A DNA stretch of 13,235 nt from Azolla caroliniana (Eukaryota > Plantae > Polypodiophyta), in NCBI GenBank assembly GCA_043228905.1, contig JBHGNT010000978.1, positions 1 through 13,235 on the forward strand, read 5' to 3'. Below, piece after piece: positions 1-8,050 of the stretch. The position numbers and the translations under genes were made by a program. The notes below the pieces were generated by a model. It was not told the DNA's origin, made no database searches, and saw only the letters and a program-made list of their open reading frames with translations. Every line of letters begins with the position of its first letter. Positions within the stretch are counted from its first letter, which is position 1.

Positions 1-127
1 AATGTATAAGATGTCAAAGGCGAAGAACACAGTAGAGTTTGTAGGAGACTAGAACACCCAAAATCCTATAGGACTCAAAATGTGCCCTCCGACCCTCCTT
101 TTATAGGGAGAGGTGCGCCTTTTGCAT
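1..127 (-). mobile_element. Fragment of outer (oldest) LTR-like sequence, promoter/R portion; continues at 6905
   Basis: The minus strand reads CCCTATAAAAGGAGGG (TATA-like, 99-106) in a typical plant LTR context. It joins 6905 once the TCAAT-flanked insert (133-6899) is removed. No partner LTR lies in the window, so the LTR identity is an inference. Confidence 0.5.
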
Positions 128-132
128 TCAAT

Positions 133-295
133 TGTTAGCTAGGCAGGTCGACTAGAGTGTAAAACGAGTTTTCTGGCTGAAAGGCCGAATGATATGTAAA
201 AGGAGTTGTGTACCCGAAACAGTAGGAGCCGGACAGGGCCGAAGTTGATTTCGTAATAGTCGAAATTAATATGCCTACGTGTAAATATTAGGTAA
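133..295 (+). mobile_element. Solo LTR B, left part (split by Copia A insertion)
   Basis: Starts TGTTAG at 133, immediately after TCAAT (128-132). The partner end ACAACA at 6899 is followed by TCAAT (6900-6904), giving a perfect 5-bp TSD with TGTT...AACA termini. Confidence 0.75.
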
Positions 296-761
296 TGTAA
301 GGAATCAGATATGATTCTTGTGTAGCGGAAGAGATGTGTGTTATGTGTATGCGTGAGAGGAAAAAGATGAGAGAAGAGAAAACACAAGATAAATAGATGA
401 AAGACAAATGAAGTACTCAAGAAGAAGGTGTACATTAACAAGGAGAATAGCAAATACAAAAGGTAGCATTACAAGGAGTCACAACCGACACTATATGAAG
501 TAGGAGGAGGGTGCTTTATATAAGGTCGCCCTCTCTCTTCATTAACTCACTACAATGTCCACTCTCTCTCTACAACCTTGAGGAATGTGAAGACTCATTC
601 GTCATGGGGAATATAGAACTCATTAGTGATGTGTTATAGAATATGATTCTATGACACATAGTTAATGTGTAGAGAGTGGTGTGACTCTTGACCTTTGAGT
701 GCTCATTGATTCTCAAAGGGCATGTTCACACTCAATGTTAGGTTGAGCTTGATTCTCAACA
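296..761 (-). repeat. 3' LTR of Copia A (466 bp)
   Basis: Direct repeat of 6125-6567, with about 23 substitutions by manual alignment plus one 23-bp indel. Adjacent to the PPT. TATA-like TATATAAA on the minus strand at 515-522. Confidence 0.96.
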
Positions 762-770
762 CGCCCCCTC
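762..770 (-). promoter_or_regulatory. Polypurine tract (PPT) of Copia A
   Basis: Minus strand GAGGGGGCG directly abuts the TGTTG start of the 3' LTR. Confidence 0.9.
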
Positions 771-809
771 AAGCTCAACTCGGGTCTGTTCCTTTCAATT
801 GATGTCCGC

Positions 810-880
810 TTCGGCTGGTATCCGGTTTGGGCGATCTCCGGTGTTCGTTTCGGTTGGTACCCGGTTCGGACGGTATCCAG
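810..880. repeat. Three imperfect 16-bp repeats in the 3' region of Copia A
   Basis: TTCGGCTGGTATCCGG (810-825), TTCGGTTGGTACCCGG (849-864), TTCGGACGGTATCCAG (865-880). Confidence 0.75.
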
Positions 881-948
881 TTCTCTCTTGTACTCCCCCT
901 CAAGCTTGGCAAGTTAGGGATCGTCAATCCAAGGTTTGACATGAATTA

Positions 949-1446
949 TCAAAGCCTGTTGGCTCCTAGGGCCTTGGTGAAGATGTCGGTTGTTTGAAGA
1001 TTCGTGTTGATGACTTGAAGGTCGACATCTCCTGCTTGAACACGCTGTCGAATGAAGTGATAGTGCACTTCGATATGCTTCGTGCGTGCGTGGAACACCG
1101 GGTTCTGAGCCAGATGAATACTGCTTGTGTTGTCGCAGTAAAGGGGAATCAGATCTTTGATGGGAACACCCAGATCCTTCAATATCCTCTTGAGCCATAC
1201 GGCTTCACATGCAACCATGGCTGCGCCCCTATATTCGGACTCTGTGCTCGAAAGAGCAATGGTTCGCTGCTTCTTGCTACTCCATGAAATCATTCCGTTG
1301 CCGAGGGAGAAAACAAATCTGGAGGTCGATCGTTGATCAGCTCTATAGCCGGGCCAATCAACATCTGTGTAACCTTCGAGACGAATTGGCGTGGCCAATC
1401 TGTAGAGAATTCCATAGTCCATCGTTCCACTCACGTATCGTAACAT
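949..1446 (-). pseudogene. Ty1/Copia RNase H domain fragment
   Basis: Motifs GYTDVDW, ISWSSKKQ..IALSSTESEY, LYCDNTSSI, NPVFHARTKHIEVHYHFIR and DIFTKAL. Confidence 0.95.
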
Positions 1447-2360
1447 TCATTTAGCACAATCAAAATGAATATCTCGCGGAGTTTGCATGAATTGGCTAAG
1501 GAGGCCAACCAGATAACTGAGGTCGGGTCGAGTGATTGTGAGATAGATGAGGCTCCTGATCAGTTGTTGATACTGAGTCAGCTCGCACTCGTTTGTGCCG
1601 AAGTCAGTGTCTAGTTTGAGGGTTCGATTGAGAGGAGTTGCCATAGATTTGCACTTAGTCATCCTTAAATTGTATAACAAGTTGAGGATGTAGTGTCGTT
1701 GAGAGATCATAATACTGGTTGGAGTTCGAATTACCTCGATGCCAAGGAATTAATGGAGCTCCTTCATGTCCGCCATCTCGAATTTGCCAGAGAGGAGGGA
1801 CTTGACCTTGTCGATGTCGACAAGACTTTCACCTCCAATGACCAGATCATCCACATATAGGATGATGACAATTAGGCTTTCAGAGTCGTTTCGTACGTAG
1901 AGGGAATTGTCAGATTTCGACATTTGAAAGACGATTTGATGAAGATATTGTGTTATCATCGAGTGCCAAGCACACGGTGCTTGCTTAAGGCTGTAGAGTG
2001 GCTTCTTCAGTCAACAGATTGCTTTCAAATGGATGCTCGATTCGAAATTGGGTGGTTGTACAATGTACACCTCTTCTAATTCGCCTTGAAGAAAGATGTT
2101 CTTTACGTCCATTTGATGGAGGTGCCACCCTTTCGCCGTTGCAACTGCAATTACGGTCCGCACAGTCGTCATCTTGGTCACCGGGGCAAAGGTCTCTTCA
2201 TAGTCGACTCCATGTGTTTGTGTGTATCTTTTCGCTACGAGTCGAGCTTTGTAGCGGTTGACGGAGCCGTCAGCATTATACTTCACCTTGTAAATCCATC
2301 TGCAGCCGATTTGCTTCTTGTGCGGTGAGTGGGGAACAAGATCCCATGTCTCGTTCTTGC
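1447..2360 (-). pseudogene. Ty1/Copia reverse transcriptase (RVT_2-type) fragments
   Basis: [24 protein letters not shown] (2011-2286), ILYVDDLVI (1750-1959) and YLTITRPDL (1447-1710), spread across shifted frames. Confidence 0.95.
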
Positions 2361-2675
2361 ATAGTGCCTACATCTCCTCGTTCATTGCTTCGACCCATCA
2401 TGGATCCTTGGCTGCTTCCGAAAAACTTTCCAGTTCTCGAACTGTCACCACCTTCATCATAAAGGCATAGTGGTATGCCATATAATTGTTGTCGCCGAAT
2501 CGGCTAACAGGATTCTTCTCATGGGTGGAGCGACAAAGTTTTTCTTTACTTTCTTTACACAAGGTGTCCTCATGATAGGTACATCGAAGCCACCGAACTC
2601 ATTGTCGAGGGAGTGAGTCGATTCATTGCCATCGAATTGATCATCTTCATATTCCGGCATTTTCGCCTTGTCTTT

Positions 2676-3461
2676 TTTTTTTTTTTTGGTAAAATCACAC
2701 AATTATATTGATTGCATGTAAAAAAACCCCCTATTACAACTTGTTAGTCAACTTTACATACATAGAGAGATAAATATTCATAACATTACCATGAATATGT
2801 CTCTCAACATCCCCTAACCTTTCTTATCAGACCAAATGACAAATGTGATGTCCAACTAACTTACATACTTGTTTCTCTTCATGATTGAAGATGCTTGACA
2901 TCTCCAACAATGAAAATTGCCATAAAAGGAACCCCTTCAATCTCAACACATAACAGTGTACTCCCCTTTGTTCATCAAATATAAAAGCATTTCGCATATG
3001 CCAAATAAACCAAAGCCCATAATACCTCAAATAATCCAAAATAATCTAAAAAGAAGGTAAGAGACCTCCTAATTCTACTTGTGCAAAAACCCATTTGAAA
3101 GGAGATGGAATCACTCCTGTCAAGGACATCCATATTGCATTAATAAATCTCCAAACCATCTTTGTAACAGGACATGAAATAAATTGATGTCGACTGTGCT
3201 CTACTTCCACCGTACAAAAGAAACAGAAACCATTAGTAATTTTCCTTTTGCATAAAGCATCACCCAATGGTAATCCACCAACCATAACCCTCCAAATAAA
3301 CACCTTCGCTCTAAATGACAAATGTGAACACCAACCCTTCTGAAGTACATTCTTCCACCAAATTGTTGGTCTATGAAAAGACCATACCTTAATTACCCTA
3401 TTTTCTAACCACATATGTTTCCCTCTATATGAACCCAAGTGCCACTAGGCCTTAGGCTTAT
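2676..3461 (-). mobile_element. 5'-truncated L1-like LINE (~790 bp) inserted in the integrase-RT linker of Copia A
   Basis: 16-bp TSD TTTTCGCCTTGTCTTT at 2660-2675 and 3462-3477. T15 run at 2673-2687 is the poly(A) on the minus strand. The insert is AT-rich and CpG-poor relative to the Copia host. The Copia peptide KDKAK appears on both sides of the insert. Confidence 0.93.
2827..3444 (-). pseudogene. LINE ORF2 C-terminus (zf-RVT-like zinc-binding region), one in-frame stop at 3046-3048
   Basis: KVFIWRV...LP...CFFC..EHSRHQFISCP..VW, followed in the same frame by LWFIWHMRNAFIF. These match plant L1 ORF2 C-terminal motifs. Confidence 0.88.
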
Positions 3462-3649
3462 TTTTCGCCTTGTCTTTGTCCATCTTCGAAGTAGGCCGAG
3501 ATGTGCTTTGGTCGTTCGGGGGCTCTTGTGGCCCACTAAGCCTTGTCGTAATCGGGCTTTCTTCGAACATGTGTTCGAGTTGATTTCCATCTTCTATCTC
3601 TTGTTTGGCGGATTCCGGGTCGACCAGACATGATTCGGGAGGAGTCTGC

Positions 3650-4584
3650 TCGGGTTTGTACCATGATGCCGATTTGTCGAAGACTACATCTCGACTCACA
3701 TGAACCTTCTGAGTCGAGGGGTTGTAACACTTTTACCCCTTTTGGTCCAGTGAGTATCCTACGACGATACATTTCTCTGACTTTGGGTCGAGATTTTGTC
3801 GCTTCTCGTCGGGGATGTGCATGTATGCAATGGAGCCAAATATCCAAACACGTGATAGATCCGGCTTTTTTCCGAAAAACTTCTGGTGCGCAGTAACTTC
3901 ATGCACGTTGGATGTTGTACACCAGTTCATTTGGTAGAAGGCTGTATTGGTGGCTTCTGCCTAGTACGACTTCGGCATGTGCTTCTCTTTAAGCATGGCC
4001 CGTGCTACTTCGAGGATGTGTTGATTCTTTCGTTTGGCTACTCTGTTCTATTGTGGCGTATGTAGACACGAAAACTCTTGCCAAATTCCTTCTTTCCGAA
4101 GAAACGCTGAAAATTCGTCGGAGAAGTACTCTTTTCCTCCATCCGACCGAAGACATTGTACATGTCTACCTGTTTCTATTTCAACTCCATTGTTGAATTT
4201 TTGGAAGTGTCCGAACACTTCGCTCTTTTGCCGCATGGGATAGATCCAGGTGTGCTTGGAGAAGTCGTCGATGAAGGCCACATAGGATCAACATCCGCCG
4301 AATGTAGCCATTTGAGTTGGGCCCCATACATCGGAATGAATTACGTCGAGTACGCCTTTGCTCACATTCCTTTCCTTAGGAAATGGGTGCCGATGTTGCT
4401 TGCCGAATTGGCAGGCTGCACATACGCCTTCAATCTCTTTCTCTTTGAAGGTCGGGAGTGCGATGATGACTCCTTTCGATTGTATTGCCTTAAGCTTTTG
4501 GAGGTTGATGTGGCCAATCCACTTGTGCCACAAATCTATGTCGGTGTCGGCTTTGGTACCTTTTGCAAACATGGCCGATTTCAT
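3650..4584 (-). pseudogene. Copia A integrase region (HHCC, catalytic core, C-terminal part)
   Basis: LWHKWIGH/CAACQFGK, FIDDFSKHTW, RSDGGKEY, TPQ, KPDLS..IFGSIAY, LDPKSEKCIVVGY and SRDVVFD. Confidence 0.93.
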
Positions 4585-5322
4585 CTCGTGCGAGTCGAGA
4601 ATGAAGATTTGGCTCTCTTCGTCTACGAGCGATGAGTCAACCCTCTTTCTCGATGAAGCAACCGCCTTGATTAAATCAAACTTGCATCCCTAGCTCAACA
4701 ATTTGGCCGGCGGAGACCAAAATCTTCGTAATGGTTGGTACATGCAAGACATTCTTAATGTAAGTTTGGTTACCTTCATTTCCGAATGGAACATTGCCGA
4801 TGTGCTGAATCGGATGAGTAGTGTCGTCTTTGATTTCGACATAGCCGAGTCGGTCCGGCTCTCGAAGTTCTCGGAACCATTCTTGATGAGACATCATATG
4901 GTTTGAGGCACAGGAGTCGATGAACCATATGTCTTCCAAACTAGAGGCACTATTTGAAGTAGAAGCTGACATAGAATTTGCTCTATGACTCATCATGAAC
5001 ATTCCGCCATGATCGTCATAGTCGGAGTTGATGGGGTAATTGGTGACTTGTCGGCTTGTGGAAGCTGACTCACGCTTCTTCTTTTGGCACTCTTCTTCGT
5101 GGTGGCCGATTTAACTGCAATATCCGCACTCAATCGAGGTTTGTCAGTTCGGACCGGAATGGAAGCTCCCCCTTCTTCCGAAGGTTCCTCGATGCCTTCC
5201 GTCTTGTTGCCGAAATTGGGAAATGTTTTCATAAGTCGGACCTCGTCCACCTTGTCCTTGGCCGAATCGGTCTCTTGCTCGGCCACGTCCTATTCCTCCA
5301 TTCGAATGTGTGCCCAATAACA

Positions 5323-5485
5323 TTCCGAGGCATTTCTCCTCGTTCAAACATGGTTTTCTTCAGTCAATAACATGGATTGAAGATCGAAGAAAGAGGGAGC
5401 ATGTGGCCTTCCGAGGCATTTCTCCTCATTCAAACATGGTTTTGTTCAGTCAATAACATGGATTGAAGATCAAAGAAAGAGGGAG
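5323..5485. repeat. Near-tandem duplication in Copia A gag (77-bp copies, 86-bp period)
   Basis: 5323-5399 and 5409-5485 match with 3 mismatches and are separated by CATGTGGCC. Confidence 0.92.
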
Positions 5486-6112
5486 GATTCTCCCGTGCTA
5501 GTACAACGGTCCTCATCGCGTCGAACCGTAGTACAAGGCCGCTGAGGCATATTTGCACCATCTCATTGTCATCCACATTGACACTTATTGAGCCGAGCGA
5601 GTCACAAAGCTCATTGATCTTCAAGGTGTAGCTTGTGATGGACAAATCCCTTTGTTGGATGTTGTTCAACTCTTGGTGGAGTTAAAGCTTTCTCCCATGC
5701 TTCCTTCGGCATCTCGGCGTCTCGAATGTAGCCGAGCATGTGGTCATGAACACATGTCGCCAAGCAATACATTACTCGATTCGCTGCTTGCTCCCATGTT
5801 GAGTAGTCGGCATCCTTTGGGTCGGGTCGATTTTCTTGTGCTCCTTTGATGTAGCTCCAATAGCCTTGGCTAGCAAGGTATTGGTGCATCGTGTACTCCC
5901 AAGATGCAAAATTGTTTCTATCTAACTTCTCGTTAGGGAGAGCGCTCCCCATTTGAGTATTCATTGTCGATGAATATCTACTTCTTCTTTTCCTTCTCAG
6001 ATCCCAAACACGAGCTATGTAGTCGCACTACGATAGGGATGAGCCGGTTCTTCATGAACGTTGGCATAGAGCACTTGACACACGCGACTGGGCTACATTG
6101 AGCTACCAAATC

Positions 6113-6124
6113 ACTCTGATATCA
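6113..6124 (-). promoter_or_regulatory. Primer-binding site of Copia A (degenerate tRNA-iMet type)
   Basis: Minus strand TGATATCAGAGT directly follows the 5' LTR and is two transitions away from TGGTATCAGAGC. Confidence 0.88.
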
Positions 6125-6567
6125 TGTAAAGAATCAGATATGATTCTTGTGCAGCAGAAGAGATGTTTGTTATGTGTATGTGTAAGGGGAAAGAGATGAG
6201 AGAAGAGAAAACACAAGATAGATAGATGAAAGAAAAATGAAGTACTCAAGAAGAAGGTGTACATTAACAAGGAGAATAGCAAATACAAAATGTAGCATTA
6301 CAAGGAGTCACAACCGACACTATATGAAGTAGGAGGAGGGTTCTTTTTATAAGGTCGCCCTCTCTCTTCATTAACTCACTACAATGTCCACTCTCTCTCT
6401 AGAACCTTAAGGAATGTGTAGACTCGTTAGTCATGGGGAATATAGAACTCATTAATGATGTGTTATAGAATATGATTCTATGACACATAGTTAATGTGTA
6501 GAGAGTGCTCATTGATTGTCAAAGGGTGTGTTCACACACAATGTTAGGTTGAGCTTGATTCTCAACA
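6125..6567 (-). repeat. 5' LTR of Copia A (443 bp)
   Basis: Direct repeat of 296-761, adjacent to the PBS. TATAAAA on the minus strand at 6345-6351. Confidence 0.96.
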
Positions 6568-6572
6568 GGTAG

Positions 6573-6899
6573 TTAGTTAGTAACCGTTGCCGAACGACAA
6601 TGTATTCTTGATGTAATCCTTCCATGCTCCCTATATAAAGGGGCAGATGTGTTGTACAAGTGTGTGAGAATTTTAATAGAAAATTATCTTTGGATACACC
6701 TTGTCTATTGTGTTATTGTGTTTGTGTAATTGATTTTAGTTCGAGGTTAAGGTGTAGAATGTAGAGCCGATTGGACAATACTAGTAAGTAATCCATTTGT
6801 ATTAACTTCTGATTTGTAAATTCCATCCGCAACCACAACATTTGATAAGGGTGCTTAGGGAATAAGTATCCGATCTGTGTTTACTGAGAGCATACAACA
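6573..6899 (+). mobile_element. Solo LTR B, right part
   Basis: Contains CCCTATATAAAGGGG (TATA at 6632-6639) and a TG-rich downstream tract. Ends ACAACA followed by the TCAAT TSD. There is no PBS or internal domain after it. Confidence 0.75.
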
Positions 6900-6904
6900 T
6901 CAAT

Positions 6905-7460
6905 GCTCTCCTTAATCCGTGTTGTCCTGACAAATCTTTTATTCCGTTCAATATCTCTACACAGACTGTTGCCCCCTTTTTTCTTTTCTTCTCTCTAATG
7001 TTTTCTTTTTCCCCTTTTTTTACATCTTCCCCCTCCTTCTCCACACGCTTCCACACCTCCTTTTCCCACTTTCTACCTTTGGCCGCACCACACATGATGA
7101 CAGGACCATGGAGGTCTTCGACAAGGGAGGACAGAAGGGCTAAGAGGGCGCAAATGATAGGGGACTCGAAGGCTCTTAAGAGTCGAAAGCTCCATAGAGT
7201 CAAGCGCTTCTCAAACTTGGAAGCTCATCCATGTCGATGGTTCTCTAGAGTCAAAACCTCTTTAGAGTCAAAGGTTTTCTAGAGTTGAAACCTCTCACAA
7301 GTCGAAAAATCCCTAGAGTTGAAGAGAAGGCAGACTCGAAGGGAGCACAGAGTCGACGAGAAGCAAAGTCGAAGGGAGCGAAGAGTTGAAGGGAGCCGAG
7401 AATTGACAGGAAGCAAAGACCTTCTCTTTTCTCCTTCTTGCTCTCGCAAGTAGGCCAACA
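6905..7460 (-). mobile_element. Outer LTR-like sequence, U3-like portion (continuation of 1-127)
   Basis: Contiguous with 1-132 once insert B is removed. Candidate terminus TGTTGGCC on the minus strand at 7460. Carries a tandem motif array upstream of the TATA box at 99-106. The boundary is inferred. Confidence 0.45.
7159..7410. repeat. Degenerate 17-bp-period array, ~15 units, core AGAGTCGAA
   Basis: The T of the TCGA/TTGA/TCAA-like core falls at 7166, 7183, 7200, 7217, 7234, 7251, 7268, 7285, 7302, 7319, 7336, 7353, 7369, 7386 and 7403. All spacings are 17 except one of 16. Confidence 0.9.
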
Positions 7461-7511
7461 ATTTATGCACGAGGTTAGGGTGGAAACAAGTGATTAAGTA
7501 AAGAACATAAA

Positions 7512-7955
7512 TGTTGAGCGAGCAAGCTCAACTGGATCCGGATCGGTTGTATAAGCTTGAGCCGGATTGGTATCCGGATGGTATTTGGTAATAACCGACT
7601 GGATTGGGGAGATGGATCGGAGAGCCGGATTCGAGCACGAACCGGACGCCTAGTAGTAGCCTAGACTACTAGGTAATCATTGTCTCGTAGTTAGTGTCAC
7701 TCACACGTAGGAATATTGAAGTACGCGGTACTTTTGTCAGTCCTTTTATGGACTTGTATAAATAGTACTGTTATAGCACATTGTATGTATAGAGTGTTTT
7801 TATTTTTTGAATCTACATTTACATTCTGCTCTCTCTCTATCTCTCCTGCATATACTCTCTGTGTATTAAGCTTCTCCATTAAACCTTCATCTTTTTCGCT
7901 GTTGCTATCCGACTGAGTTGGTTCTGTCTAACGCTTCTGCACGTTAACATTCACA
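7512..7955 (+). repeat. 5' LTR of Copia C (~444 bp)
   Basis: The end (CACA at 7955) is fixed by the PBS. The start TGTTGAGCGAGCAAGCTCAAC resembles the start of the A LTR (TGTTGAGAATCAAGCTCAAC). TATAAATA at 7757-7764. The partner LTR is not in the window. Confidence 0.8.
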
Positions 7956-7967
7956 TGGTATCAGAGC
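7956..7967 (+). promoter_or_regulatory. PBS (tRNA-iMet) of Copia C
   Basis: TGGTATCAGAGC directly follows the LTR-terminal CA. Confidence 0.95.
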
Positions 7968-8050
7968 GCGTGAGTTGAGAACCTCTGCAATTGACACTTG
8001 CTTTCGTAGACGAACCCTAGGACCCGGTAACAACAGACAGAGAGAAAGAT

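Larger units (their letters stand above)
892..5964 (-). pseudogene. gag-pol: Copia A gag-pol polyprotein, disrupted by stops, frameshifts and a LINE insertion
   Basis: Fragments in order: gag N-terminus EKLDRNNFASW (5611-5964); gag core (5430-5669); CCHC knuckle with internal stop (5087-5128); protease WFIDSCASNHM (4676-5002); HHCC LWHKWIGH...CAAC and HSDVWGP (4288-4584); integrase core LRSDGGKEY (4048-4281); RT and RNase H; canonical SLRGS ending near 892-906. Confidence 0.95.
296..6567 (-). mobile_element. Full-length, decayed Ty1/Copia LTR retrotransposon (element A)
   Basis: Two direct LTRs with TG...CA ends (296-761, 6125-6567), flanks GGTAA (291-295) and GGTAG (6568-6572), PBS, PPT, and Copia domain order gag-PR-INT-RT-RNaseH on the minus strand. 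Confidence 0.97.

Noticed and set aside
139-459. 106-aa ORF and its paralogue at 6103-6288
   Set aside because: Both come from the low-complexity LTR sequence and run across LTR boundaries into unrelated flanks, so they are not genes.
994-5849. Numerous plus-strand ORFs within Copia A
   Set aside because: They are antisense shadows of gag-pol with no recognisable motifs.
6836-6855. Alternative LTR end at CAACA 6840 with a following PBS
   Set aside because: The following sequence does not match a PBS and gives no TSD, whereas the end at 6899 gives a perfect TCAAT duplication.
7159-7410. CRISPR-like repeat/spacer pattern
   Set aside because: The core is only ~9 bp and degenerate, spacers are ~8 bp, there are no cas genes and the context is eukaryotic.
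6802-7470. ORFs 6802-7203, 6998-7282 and 7279-7470
   Set aside because: They derive from purine/pyrimidine tracts and the 17-bp array, whose period is not a multiple of 3. One crosses the solo-LTR junction.
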